A DNA stretch of 64,000 nt from Gemmatimonadales bacterium (GCA_035310725.1 DATGDT010000257.1:1216-65215), one strand, 5' to 3'; shown: positions 55,165 to 63,581, counted from the first letter of the stretch. The notes: generated from the letters alone by a model not told the origin. Made by a program: numbers and translations.

Positions 55165-56196
55165 ATGCCTCTTCGCCCTTTATACGGTCATGAAGCCCTG
55201 CGTCGCCGCCTGGCGACCGCCGCCAGGTCGGGCCGGTTGCCGCAAGCCCTGTTGCTGGAGGGCCCGGAAGGCGTCGGGAAGCAACGCCTGGCCCTGTGGC
55301 TCGCCCAGCTACTGCTCTGTGAGCGAAGCGGCGAAGAGCCCTGCAACGATTGCCGCGGCTGCAAGATGACAAGCTCCCTCACCCACCCGGACCTGCACTG
55401 GCTGGTCCCGCTCGAGCCGTCGAAGAAGGCAGCCGACGCTGAGAAGCAGGTGGAGGTCGTGGCGAGTGCCCTGGCGGACGAAATGGCCGTCCGGCGCGAT
55501 CGGCCGCTCTACGGACCTTTGTCCGGGATGGCTGTACATAGTGTTGCGGTAGTCCGACACATGCTACGACATGTTGCGCTGACGCCAGCTATGGCCAGCC
55601 GCAAGGTCTTCATTGTGGGGGATGCCGAGCGCCTCATTCCGCAACGCGCCAACCCCGAGGCGGCAAATGCCCTGCTGAAGGTCCTGGAAGAGCCCCCTGC
55701 AGACACGATCCTCATCCTGACCGCCTCGGAGCCAGACTCCCTCCTGCCCACGATCCTCTCGCGCGTCGTGAGGGTAAGGGTCCAGCGAGTCCCGGATAGT
55801 GTCGTGACAGCATTCATACATAACGAGCTTCCCGAGTCAAAAATGCCAGCTTCCGAGGCCGAAGGCTGTATCGGCAGGGTTTTTGCCCGAGGGCAGGCAG
55901 TCGCTCCAGAGCGGGAAGTGTCCGGAGCGTTCCAGACGAGCCTGCGCAGTGCCGTCGACCGATACGCATTCGCGCTGCGTCAGGCGCCGTTCCAGGCACG
56001 GGGTGGCTTTACGGACATGCTGGACGGCCTGGTGGACCGTTTGCGGGCCGAGGTCCGGCGCGGAGGCGACACGAGCCGGCTGGCTGGGGCGATCGCGCTG
56101 GTGCTGCAGGCCCGGGAGCAAGCGCAGGGGAACGTGAACCCGCAATTGCTGACGGCGGTGCTGGCAGGGGATCTGGCCGATCAGTGGCCGACCTGA
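55165..56196 (+). CDS. holB: DNA polymerase III delta-prime subunit
   Basis: ORF 343 aa: ALLLEGPEGVGK, zinc module CNDCRGCK, and SRVVRVRV (SRC-like). Codon usage is visibly less GC-biased than in the neighbours. Confidence 0.85.
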   Translation: MPLRPLYGHEALRRRLATAARSGRLPQALLLEGPEGVGKQRLALWLAQLLLCERSGEEPCNDCRGCKMTSSLTHPDLHWLVPLEPSKKAADAEKQVEVVASALADEMAVRRDRPLYGPLSGMAVHSVAVVRHMLRHVALTPAMASRKVFIVGDAERLIPQRANPEAANALLKVLEEPPADTILILTASEPDSLLPTILSRVVRVRVQRVPDSVVTAFIHNELPESKMPASEAEGCIGRVFARGQAVAPEREVSGAFQTSLRSAVDRYAFALRQAPFQARGGFTDMLDGLVDRLRAEVRRGGDTSRLAGAIALVLQAREQAQGNVNPQLLTAVLAGDLADQWPT

Positions 56197-56660
56197 CGCA
56201 CCTGGACGAGGGCGGCAACGCCCGAATGGTGGACGTCGGCGGAAAGCCGCTTACGGCTCGCAGCGCCACCGCCGAGGGAGCGATCAGGATGTCACGGGAG
56301 GCGTTCCGGCTCGTGGCAGGGGGTGCGGTCCCGAAGGGCGACGTGCTCACGGTGAGCCGGATCGCGGGGACCCTGGCGGCCAAGCGCACGGCGGAGCTCA
56401 TCCCGTTGTGTCACCCCTTGGGCCTCGACCATGTCGAGGTGGCAGCCAGCCTGGACGAGGCGTTGCCCGGGGTTCAGGTACGAGCCACGGTCCGCACGGT
56501 GGGGCGGACCGGGGTGGAGATGGAAGCCCTCACCGCCGTTTCAGTCGCGCTTCTGACCGTGTACGACATGGTTAAGAGCGCGGATCGGGAGATGGAGCTC
56601 CTGTCAGTGCGGTTGCTGGAGAAGACAGGGGGCAGCCGGGGCGATTGGCGCCGCGGCTGA
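56184..56660 (+). CDS. moaC: Cyclic pyranopterin monophosphate synthase
   Basis: ORF 158 aa: MVDVGGKP.T.R.A, KGDVL.V.RIAG..AAK.T.ELIPLCHPL, VGRTGVEMEALTAVSVALLTVYDM.K. Confidence 0.93.
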   Translation: MADLTHLDEGGNARMVDVGGKPLTARSATAEGAIRMSREAFRLVAGGAVPKGDVLTVSRIAGTLAAKRTAELIPLCHPLGLDHVEVAASLDEALPGVQVRATVRTVGRTGVEMEALTAVSVALLTVYDMVKSADREMELLSVRLLEKTGGSRGDWRRG

Positions 56661-56680
56661 GGACGGCAATCGGGAGGGGT

Positions 56681-57340
56681 ATGCGCGCTTCACGAAGGTG
56701 GCAGGTGCAGGGTGGGCTGATCCTGGTCTGTGCGCTGGCCATCGCCAGCTTCGGCTGGGCCCGTCACGCCACTGCCGACGAGCAGCCGCTGGCGGGTGCG
56801 ACGCTGACCGAGATGCGGGCGATGTCGCAGCAGCTCGAGTCGCTCCGGGGGGAGTTGACCGTGGCACGGCTGCAGCTCGACCGGGCCGACGCGGTCATGG
56901 AGTTCTCGGGCCGCTACCACATCCCGGCCGATCTGACGGGGGCGATCTACGATATCGCGTTGGCCGAGGGGATCGAACCCGCCCTCGCCTTCCGGCTGGT
57001 GAGCGTCGAGTCCCGGTTCGACGTCCGGGCCCACAGCCCAGCCGGCGCCGTCGGGTTGACCCAGATTCTGCCCAGCACGGCCAGGCTGTTCGAGCCCAGC
57101 CTCACGATCGATCAGATCTATGATCGGGAAACGAACCTGCGGCTGGGGTTCCGCTACCTGCACGACCTGCTGGTGCGTTACGACGACAACCTGGAGCATG
57201 CGCTGCTCGCCTACAACCGCGGCCCCTCCAAGGTCCAGGAACTCGTCACCGCCGGCGTGGATCCCTCGAACGGCTATGCGCAGTCGGTGATGCGCGGCTA
57301 CCGGCGCCAGCCCCGCCCGCATGGGGCAGGCGCGGAGTGA
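56681..57340 (+). CDS. Soluble lytic transglycosylase (SLT domain) protein
   Basis: Part of ORF 56645-57340. ATG 56681 is preceded by gggagggg. Signal-anchor LILVCALAIASFGW and catalytic region VSVESRFDVRAHSPAGAVGLTQILPSTA...AYNRGP. Confidence 0.85.
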   Translation: MRASRRWQVQGGLILVCALAIASFGWARHATADEQPLAGATLTEMRAMSQQLESLRGELTVARLQLDRADAVMEFSGRYHIPADLTGAIYDIALAEGIEPALAFRLVSVESRFDVRAHSPAGAVGLTQILPSTARLFEPSLTIDQIYDRETNLRLGFRYLHDLLVRYDDNLEHALLAYNRGPSKVQELVTAGVDPSNGYAQSVMRGYRRQPRPHGAGAE

Positions 57341-57341
57341 G

Positions 57342-57420
57342 TCACTCCGCCTGACCACCCCCCGCCCCGTTCGGCGGCGGGATCCGCAGCAGCTGACCAG
57401 GCTTGATAATCGACTTCGTT
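57342..57420 (-). repeat. Duplicated 3' end of the MltD-like gene (LysM C-terminal fragment, no start codon)
   Basis: 57342-57417 versus 57463-57538 (offset 121 nt) shows about 70/76 identity by hand. The copy reads ..SIIKPGQLLRIPPPNGAGGGQAE-TGA, versus genic ..SIIKPGQLLRIPPPNGAGRRQAE-TAG. Weaker similarity continues about 25 nt further. Confidence 0.85.
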
Positions 57421-57462
57421 GGGAGAGTGTTCGCGTCCCGACCGGGGCCAGGAACTCCTGAG

Positions 57463-58983
57463 CTACTCCGCCTGACGCCTCCCCGCCCCGTTCGGCGGCG
57501 GGATCCGCAGCAGCTGACCAGGCTTGATAATCGACGTCATCGTGAGACCGTTGTAGTCCAGGAGCGACCGGAGAGTCACCCCGAACCGCCGGGCGATCTG
57601 GCTCGGGGTCTCCCCTGAGCGGACGCGGTGGGAAGCCGAGATCGTGCCGCCCTTCGCGCTCGTCGTCCGGGGGGCGGCGGTGCGCTCCGACGGCCCATTC
57701 CACGCCGCCCGCGGGACGGCGCGCCCGCTCATCGGAATGACCAGCCGCTGGCCCACGCGCAACGTGCGGGGCTTGAGCGACGGGTTGGCGCCCTGGATCG
57801 TCGAGACCGACACCCGATACTGCTTGGCGATATCGGACAGGGTCTGGCCCCGCGTGACATAGTGCTCCACGAAGGTGATCCGGCTCGTGACCGACAGGGT
57901 GTCAAAGCGTTCCGCCACCAGGGTCCCCCGACCGCGGGGGATCCGCACGGTCACCTCGCGCCCCGGCGGGGTCACGCCGCGCACAAACTGCGGATTGAGC
58001 TCCAGCAGCGCCGCCGTCGTCGTGTCCGCGAGCCGCGCCAGGACGTCGAGCCCGGTGGCGTCGGGCACCCGGATCTCATCAAAGGTCAGGGGAGGCAGCT
58101 GCGAGATATCGGTGAACCCGTAGCGCGAGGGCTGCTTGGCAACCAGGGCGGCCGCGATCAGCTTGGGGACGTAGTCCCGGGTCTCGCGCCGCAGGATGCG
58201 GGTGCTGGCGAGCTGGAAGAACGTATCGTCGGTGAGGCTATCCGCCTCGCCCGGCAGCCGCCGCACGCCGCGCTGGATCCGGCCCTCGCCGGCATTGTAG
58301 GCGGCCGCCGCCAGGTAGACGCTCCCGAGCTTCTGGACGAGGTCCGACAGGTACTCCACCGCCGCGTCGGTCGCCTTGTACGGATCGCGCCGCTCGTCCA
58401 CCCAGGGATCGATCGTGAGACCGTACAGCCGCCCCGTTCCGGCCACGAACTGCCACATGCCGACCGCGCGGGCCCGGCTCACGGCCGAATTGGACAGGCC
58501 GCTCTCGATCAGGGTCAGATACACTAGGTCCTCGGGCAGCCCCTTCGCCCGCAGCCGATCGCGGATCATCCCTTCGTAGCGGGACAACCGGGACAGCCAG
58601 ATGGCCATGCGATCCCGGGCGTCGACCTGGAAGAACTCCAGGTATTCGAGCACCCGGCGGTTCGCGGCATAGCTCGTCACGTCGATGTCGAAGGTCGGGA
58701 CGCTGGTGTCGTCCGCGACAGCCTTCGCCCCCACGATCTCCCGCCCTTCCGGCCCGAAGAGGCGGACTGCCTCCCGCTCCACGTCCTCGCTGCGCACGGT
58801 CGCCGCGGGGGGCACAGTGTCGCCGACCGTGGGTCCCGGGGCGGGCGCCGCAACCACGGCCGGGCGCGCTGCGGGAGGCGGGGCCGGCAACGGCGTCATC
58901 TGGGCCGAGGGCTGGTGCCCGGCGCAGGCCGCGAGGCCCAGAAGGAGCAAGCAGGAGGAGGTCTTCGACGTGTGTGTGGTCAT
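57463..58983 (-). CDS. MltD-like lipoprotein lytic transglycosylase with LysM repeats
   Basis: Real part of ORF 57463-59235, starting at ATG 58983 (MTTHTSKTSSCLLLLGLAACAG lipobox). SLT core LIESGLSNSAVSRARAVGMWQF. Two clear C-terminal LysM domains (YVTRGQTLSDIAKQYRVSV...; HRVRSGETPSQIARRFGVTL...). Confidence 0.88.
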   Translation of the reverse strand: MTTHTSKTSSCLLLLGLAACAGHQPSAQMTPLPAPPPAARPAVVAAPAPGPTVGDTVPPAATVRSEDVEREAVRLFGPEGREIVGAKAVADDTSVPTFDIDVTSYAANRRVLEYLEFFQVDARDRMAIWLSRLSRYEGMIRDRLRAKGLPEDLVYLTLIESGLSNSAVSRARAVGMWQFVAGTGRLYGLTIDPWVDERRDPYKATDAAVEYLSDLVQKLGSVYLAAAAYNAGEGRIQRGVRRLPGEADSLTDDTFFQLASTRILRRETRDYVPKLIAAALVAKQPSRYGFTDISQLPPLTFDEIRVPDATGLDVLARLADTTTAALLELNPQFVRGVTPPGREVTVRIPRGRGTLVAERFDTLSVTSRITFVEHYVTRGQTLSDIAKQYRVSVSTIQGANPSLKPRTLRVGQRLVIPMSGRAVPRAAWNGPSERTAAPRTTSAKGGTISASHRVRSGETPSQIARRFGVTLRSLLDYNGLTMTSIIKPGQLLRIPPPNGAGRRQAE

Positions 58984-59411
58984 CGTGTCGTCACGTAGTT
59001 CCCCAGAACGCGGTTGGTCGCGTTCAGGACCGCCAGTGCTGCCCCGCGCGGCGGATCGGTTTCCGTCAGATACGAGCCGACCATGCGCCACGAGCTGCCC
59101 TCCGAGCGCACTGCCAGACTCACGATCACAACCGTCGCGTCGAACGCCCGGACGGCTTTCACTCCCAGAAGCTCCAGCTCGACACCGGGCCGAACCGCTT
59201 CCGTCAACGCCTGTACCGCCGCCTCCGCGGAGCACCGCAACTCCCCCGCCTGCGACGTCATCCCCTCGGCCACGCCCACGAACTCACGGCCGTCCGTCCA
59301 CGCCAGCTGCACCCGGGCCCGGCAGCGGCCGTCGGGGAGGCGGTCGAACCCGAACACCTGAAAGCGCAGCCGCTCGGCCGTCGCCGTTCTCCCGCTCACC
59401 CGGTCACTCAA
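58980..59411 (-). CDS. Hypothetical protein (143 aa), translationally coupled to the MltD-like gene
   Basis: High GC3 throughout. TTG 59411 (or GTG 59399) is the start and overlaps the upstream stop (TTGA); its own stop overlaps the mltD-like ATG (ATGA). It shows two internal beta-beta-beta-helix-like halves (…ARVQLAWTDGREFVGVAEG…SAEAAVQAL / …VIVSLAVRSEGSSWRMVGS…GAALAVLNA). No family recognised. Confidence 0.6.
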   Translation of the reverse strand: MSDRVSGRTATAERLRFQVFGFDRLPDGRCRARVQLAWTDGREFVGVAEGMTSQAGELRCSAEAAVQALTEAVRPGVELELLGVKAVRAFDATVVIVSLAVRSEGSSWRMVGSYLTETDPPRGAALAVLNATNRVLGNYVTTR

Positions 59412-59656
59412 TCGAAGTGCACCTCGATCTGGTGTTGCGCCGACGGATCCTGGGGCGCCTCGATGACGTCCACCTCGAGCCGTGGCCGTCCCTGGTCGTC
59501 TCGGTCCGCCGCAATCAGCAGGATCAGACCACCCACGAGGTCCACCTTCATATGACGCAAGTCCGACCGGACCGTCACACCACTCACCACCGCCCCGCGC
59601 AGCCGCTCCACCGCCGTTACGATGCGGCGCAGGGCCTGGAGCTCCGCTTGGCTCAC
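59408..59656 (-). CDS. Hypothetical protein (82 aa), first clearly coding member of the chain leading to the MltD-like gene
   Basis: GTG 59656 start with GC3-rich codons. Sequence: MSQAELQALRRIVTAVERLRGAVVSGVTVRSDLRHMKVDLVGGLILLIAADRDDQGRPRLEVDVIEAPQDPS.... No family recognised. Confidence 0.5.
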   Translation of the reverse strand: MSQAELQALRRIVTAVERLRGAVVSGVTVRSDLRHMKVDLVGGLILLIAADRDDQGRPRLEVDVIEAPQDPSAQHQIEVHFD

Positions 59657-59778
59657 GCCAGGCGCTCAGCCAGCCGACGCCCCACCGCGGCCTTCGACAT
59701 CCGTTCCGCCTGCAGAAATGGTGCCCATCGGGACGAGGCCTCCAGGGGAAAACTCGCCCACAGCGCAGATTCCTGCAT
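59653..59778 (-). CDS. Possible 41-aa upstream ORF (weak)
   Basis: ATG 59778 (MQESALWASFPLEASSRWAPFLQAERMSKAAVGRRLAERLA) ends in a GTGA overlap with the 82-aa ORF. Many A/T-ending codons make it atypical for this genome. The 79-aa TTG-started version in the track begins upstream of the predicted promoter. Confidence 0.2.
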   Translation of the reverse strand: MQESALWASFPLEASSRWAPFLQAERMSKAAVGRRLAERLA

Positions 59779-59890
59779 CCTGCCCGAGTTCGCGCGAAAC
59801 GACACGGCGTCCGGCCAGGGCTTCAACCCCAGGTCTTGTCGCGATAGGTGATGACACACCAGGCCATCAATGACCCTCAACTGGCCGCTC

Positions 59891-59919
59891 AATATGACCC
59901 TAACTGCAAGTCAGGTCAA
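59891..59919 (-). promoter_or_regulatory. Candidate sigma70-type promoter for the small-ORF/MltD-like string
   Basis: On the minus strand: TTGACC (revcomp of 59914-59919), 17-nt spacer, CATATT (revcomp of 59891-59896). It sits immediately after the ilvE stop in a locally AT-richer stretch. Confidence 0.4.
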
Positions 59920-59923
59920 TACT

Positions 59924-60784
59924 TCAGTCGCCGGAGGTCGCCAGAGCGTGGAAACGCAGCGCCATGTCCTTGGTGACCGGGCCGGCCGTCCCAGCGCCGA
60001 TGGTCCGACCGTCCAGGCGCGTAATCCCAACGACCTCCGCGGCGGTGCCGGTGAGGAACACCTCATCCGCCGTGTAGAGGTCGTAGCGGTTCAGGGGGAT
60101 CTCCTCCACGGCGTAACCAGCATCACGCGCCAACTCCATCACCGCGTCCCGCGTGACGCCGCGGAGAATGCCGCTCCACGGCGGCGGCGTGCGCAGGGTG
60201 TGGTTGGCGACGGCGAACAGGTTCATGCCGCTGGCCTCGGTGACGTAGCCCGAGGAATCCAGCATCACCACTTCGTCCACGTTGGCGGCGATGCCTTCGA
60301 TCTTGGCCAGGATGTGGGCCAGGTAGTTGAGGGACTTGATGCGGGGAGAGAGGTTCTCGCGGTGACTGATAGGTGTGGCGGCGGTCAGGCACGTCAGGCC
60401 GTGATCGTAACGGTCCTGGGGCCAGAGGCGGATGGTATCCACGATACAGATGACCGTGGGCTTGGCACACTTGCGGGGATCGAGCCCCAGATCGCCCACG
60501 CCCCGCGTGACCAGCAGGCGGAGATAGGCGTCACGCATGCCGCTCTTGGCGAACGCTTCCGACACCATGGTGGTCATCTGGGGCCGGGGCATCGGGATTT
60601 CGAGGCAGATACCCTTGGCCGAGGCGTACAAGCGATCGAGGTGCGCGTCGAGCCGGAAGATGCGTCCCGCGTAGGCCCGGATGCCCTCGAACACTCCGTC
60701 GCCGTACAGCAGGCCGTGGTCGAAGACACTGACCGTGGCCGTGTCGCGGTCGAAGTACTTCCCGTCGATCCAGATGGTCGTCAT
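59924..60784 (-). CDS. ilvE: Branched-chain amino acid aminotransferase (class IV)
   Basis: ORF 286 aa: DHGLLYGDGVFEGIRAY, LRLLVTRG, IKSLNYL, GILRGVTR, EVFLTGTAAEV. Confidence 0.92.
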   Translation of the reverse strand: MTTIWIDGKYFDRDTATVSVFDHGLLYGDGVFEGIRAYAGRIFRLDAHLDRLYASAKGICLEIPMPRPQMTTMVSEAFAKSGMRDAYLRLLVTRGVGDLGLDPRKCAKPTVICIVDTIRLWPQDRYDHGLTCLTAATPISHRENLSPRIKSLNYLAHILAKIEGIAANVDEVVMLDSSGYVTEASGMNLFAVANHTLRTPPPWSGILRGVTRDAVMELARDAGYAVEEIPLNRYDLYTADEVFLTGTAAEVVGITRLDGRTIGAGTAGPVTKDMALRFHALATSGD

Positions 60785-60812
60785 GCCGGGGGAGAAATCT
60801 GCCTCCCCCGGC
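60785..60812 (-). terminator. GC-rich hairpin between the stop of DUF4382-like paralog 1 and the ilvE start
   Basis: 10-bp perfect stem gccgggggag (60785-60794) / ctcccccggc (60803-60812) with an 8-nt loop. It abuts the ilvE ATG and has no U-tract. It could equally be a 5'-UTR structure of ilvE. Confidence 0.35.
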
Positions 60813-60843
60813 GGGTGATGACAACCCTGTTCGCGGCGCCCGT

Positions 60844-61554
60844 CTAGAGGTCTCCTCCCCCTTCCAGACCGTCGTCTTCACCGTCGTGGTTGTCGTCTTC
60901 GAACGCATGGAACGACCGCAGAATGTTCTGGTGGATGAGACTGGCGTTGGCCGGGTTCGTCGGATCGATCACGGCACCCGTCGCGTCCTTGAACCAGCTC
61001 GCCACGTCCACATTGATGGTGAGGTTGGACGTGGTGGCATCAACTGTGACGGGCGTCTGGAAGGCCGCCTCGATCTCCGCTTCGGCTCCCAGCGCGAGCT
61101 TGAAATCGTGGGTCTGGTTGTTCGCGTCGGTGAAGGTCACCAGCACACTGTCGACCTTCGCCTCGAGGGCAGTGTACGTGCCCGGGGGCACGACCTTGTC
61201 GAGAAACACCTTCGTGGTGCCGTCCACGGGCAGGTCGACGGGGACCGGCCCCACTTCAAGCTCGTCACAATTATCGTGTTCCCCGGTGCTGGAGCACGTG
61301 CCGCCGGTTGACAGCTCGATCTCCGACATCACGACCTGTACTTTGCTGATCGTGATCGCACTCGTGCCGCTGCCGACCACGATATCGGCATTGAGGCCCG
61401 GCGCAGCCGGCAGCGGCGCGGCCGCCGCCGACTTCGCGGTGACCGAGAGACTGAGCGACCTGGACGGTCCCATGTCATGGCAGCCGATCAGGATCAACGC
61501 CAGCGGAGCGAGCCAGAGCGCGCGGGATGAGGGGAATGCGTGCACCATAGGCAC
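60844..61554 (-). CDS. DUF4382-like lipoprotein, paralog 1
   Basis: ORF 236 aa. Start is GTG 61554 or ATG 61548. Lipobox LILIGC, then LSLSVTAKS, ITISKVQVVMSEIEL, acidic Cys-Cys loop CSSTGEHDNCDE, PPGTYTALEAKVD, and C-terminal ILRSFHAFEDDNHDG. Confidence 0.7.
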   Translation of the reverse strand: MPMVHAFPSSRALWLAPLALILIGCHDMGPSRSLSLSVTAKSAAAAPLPAAPGLNADIVVGSGTSAITISKVQVVMSEIELSTGGTCSSTGEHDNCDELEVGPVPVDLPVDGTTKVFLDKVVPPGTYTALEAKVDSVLVTFTDANNQTHDFKLALGAEAEIEAAFQTPVTVDATTSNLTINVDVASWFKDATGAVIDPTNPANASLIHQNILRSFHAFEDDNHDGEDDGLEGGGDL

Positions 61555-61656
61555 CTCGAAGATTGAGTGAGAACGGACACACCGGTTGGCGTGACCAGCA
61601 GGCGATATGCCCGAGCTGCCCCGCCGCGTCAGTCATTGCAGTCCGTTGGCACACAA

Positions 61657-61699
61657 CGCGTTGCCCCATGACCAGAAATTTCGGTCATGGGGCAACGTG
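61657..61699 (-). terminator. Strong hairpin downstream of DUF4382-like paralog 2
   Basis: 14-bp perfect stem gttgccccatgacc (61660-61673) / ggtcatggggcaac (61683-61696) with a 9-nt loop. It extends to about 17 bp with one G-U pair. On the minus strand it is followed by TTGTGTG. Confidence 0.6.
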
Positions 61700-61749
61700 C
61701 ATCGAAACAGGTCAAAATGGTGTGTCGTGAGACAGCGCGAGAGGCTCGG

Positions 61750-62541
61750 CTACCCTTCAAGGCCGTCGTGGTTGTCGTCCTCGAACGCCTCGATCGACTG
61801 CTTGATGTTCTCCTTCACGATCCCCTCGTTCTGCCCACCCTTGATCGCGGAAGCGGGATCGACCAGCGCACCGTTGCTCACGAACCAGGTGGAGACGTCC
61901 ATCCGGATCGTAAGATTGGCGCTCGTGCCTGCCGTGACGTCGAGCGGCGCAGGCAGGACCATCTCCTGCGAGGCATCCAGATCCGTGGTATAGACGAACG
62001 CGGTGTGGTTGAAGGTCCCCGTCACCCGGATCGAGATGTTCTTGAAGTCCGGGTTGGCTGCGATGAACGCCGCTTCCTGACTCGAGGTCGTGTCGGTGCG
62101 GTGAATCTCGAACTCCAGCTTGTCGTATTGCCCCGCGGGCGCCGCCACCGTCACGGCCGCGACCGTATTCGTGGTTCCGAGGGGGAAGGACGCCAGAACC
62201 GGTCCCGATTCGAACTCCTCGCAGTCGCCGTTGTCGGGAACGCTGTCGCAGGAAGCCGCCTCCACCCGCTTCAGTTCGATCTTGCGCAGCACCACGTCGA
62301 CGCTCCGCAGGACGATCGTGTCGCTGCCCAGCGCGATGATCGTGGTGTCACCGGCGGCGAGCACGGCCGGCGCTGCGAGGTTGCCGCTCACCGCCGGCGC
62401 GGCCGCCGCGCCCGCTGCCGCCCGGGCGGAAAGGGAGAGGGACACGTTACCGCCGGCGCTGCTATCCGAACACGCGGCCGCCCCGACCAGGGCAATCGCC
62501 ACGGCGAACCAACGGGACTTCTCCAGCCTGCTGCCGTTCAT
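61750..62541 (-). CDS. DUF4382-like lipoprotein, paralog 2
   Basis: ORF 263 aa. Lipobox VGAAAC, then VSLSLSARA, IVLRSVDVVLRKIEL, CDSVPDNGDCEE, PAGQYDKLEFEIH, and C-terminal IKQSIEAFEDDNHDG. Confidence 0.7.
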   Translation of the reverse strand: MNGSRLEKSRWFAVAIALVGAAACSDSSAGGNVSLSLSARAAAGAAAAPAVSGNLAAPAVLAAGDTTIIALGSDTIVLRSVDVVLRKIELKRVEAASCDSVPDNGDCEEFESGPVLASFPLGTTNTVAAVTVAAPAGQYDKLEFEIHRTDTTSSQEAAFIAANPDFKNISIRVTGTFNHTAFVYTTDLDASQEMVLPAPLDVTAGTSANLTIRMDVSTWFVSNGALVDPASAIKGGQNEGIVKENIKQSIEAFEDDNHDGLEG

Positions 62542-62732
62542 CGTGAGCTCCAGGTTTCAGGTGTGTGCATCGAGCTGAACGGCCCGACGGTTTCGCACGA
62601 CGCGTGCCCCATGGCCTGACGGCCATTCGCTTGTCCGCCATACAGTTAGCGGACGTGCTCGGGGTCACACACCTCTGGGACTGTATCGAAACGGCTCAGG
62701 AATGGGATCCGACGAAGCGCTTCGAGGCAGGG

Positions 62733-63533
62733 CTACTGAGACGTGCCGTCCTCGAGCCCGTCGGCGTTCGCATCGCGAAACACCTTGAGGGACGTGCGGA
62801 TGTTGCCGCGCACCAGGCCCTCGTTCCGCCCCGCGAGCCCCGCCGTGGCGGGATCGACGAAGGACCGGCCATCCTCGCTGCGGAACCAGGAGGCCACATC
62901 CACGCGCAGGGTGACGTGGAGCGTGTCACCGGGCTTCACCGTCAGCGCCGGTTCGAGCGTGATCTCCTCGGTCTCGTTGAAGTCCGAGTTGAAGGTGAAG
63001 GGGCGACGTCTCCCGCCCCGGCTGATCGTTCCCTCCACGCGGATCGACCTGGCCCAGAGCTCGGGGTGGTGCAACAGCAGCTGGACGTCGTGAGCGGAGA
63101 CGGAATCGGGCCGGTGGATCATCGCCTGGAACAGGTTGTAGTCGGTCGCCGGCGCTGGCTTGGTCGAGCGGTGGGTCGCCCCGCTCCCCAGGGGCAGCTC
63201 GATCACCACCGGCTCGTCGTCGAACTCGACGCAGGGGGGGTTGTCCTCCCCTTCTTCTTCCTCGCACTCGTTCGACACGGCGGGGGCCAGCGCCAGTCCC
63301 CCGAGCACGATGCGGGCGACGCCCAGGAACAGCGTATCCCGGCCATGCACGAGCATGGTGTCGTTGATGACGAGCGACGACGCCGTATCGGCCGTAGTCG
63401 GATGCCGGGCGGAGATCTGGAATACGACGGCCCCGGCCGGGGCCTCCTTCTCCTTCTTCTCCCGGCACCCGGCGGCAGCGGCGACGGCTGCCACGATGAC
63501 GAAGGCGGACCACGGTGCGCGAGCGGGGATCAT
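62733..63533 (-). CDS. DUF4382-like lipoprotein, paralog 3 (most divergent)
   Basis: ORF 266 aa. Lipobox AAAAGC, then ECEEEEGEDNPPCVE, PATDYNLFQAMIH, and C-terminal IRTSLKVFRDANADG. Confidence 0.65.
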   Translation of the reverse strand: MIPARAPWSAFVIVAAVAAAAGCREKKEKEAPAGAVVFQISARHPTTADTASSLVINDTMLVHGRDTLFLGVARIVLGGLALAPAVSNECEEEEGEDNPPCVEFDDEPVVIELPLGSGATHRSTKPAPATDYNLFQAMIHRPDSVSAHDVQLLLHHPELWARSIRVEGTISRGGRRRPFTFNSDFNETEEITLEPALTVKPGDTLHVTLRVDVASWFRSEDGRSFVDPATAGLAGRNEGLVRGNIRTSLKVFRDANADGLEDGTSQ

Positions 63534-63581
63534 GACACTGAACCTATCCGGCCCGTGCTGACTCGTGCAACTCGCGCTCCC

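Noticed and set aside
50515-55165. Genomic island integrated at tRNA-Asn
   Set aside because: No integrase or mobility gene follows the tRNA. By eye I could not find a direct repeat of the tRNA 3' end downstream. The following genes (an alkylation-repair protein and a sensor kinase) have genome-typical GC.
59657-59890. Riboswitch (for example ydaO/c-di-AMP type, often upstream of cell-wall hydrolases) in the ~230-nt leader before the small-ORF/MltD string
   Set aside because: I could not find the conserved ACGGGG / CCCGAA-type cores or a convincing pseudo-symmetric fold, only short local hairpins. A covariance-model scan would be needed before making any claim.
59653-59892. 79-aa TTG-initiated ORF from the track
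   Set aside because: Its start lies upstream of the predicted -10 element, and its 5' half has many A/T-ending codons, atypical for this genome. I kept only the 41-aa ATG version, as a low-confidence feature.
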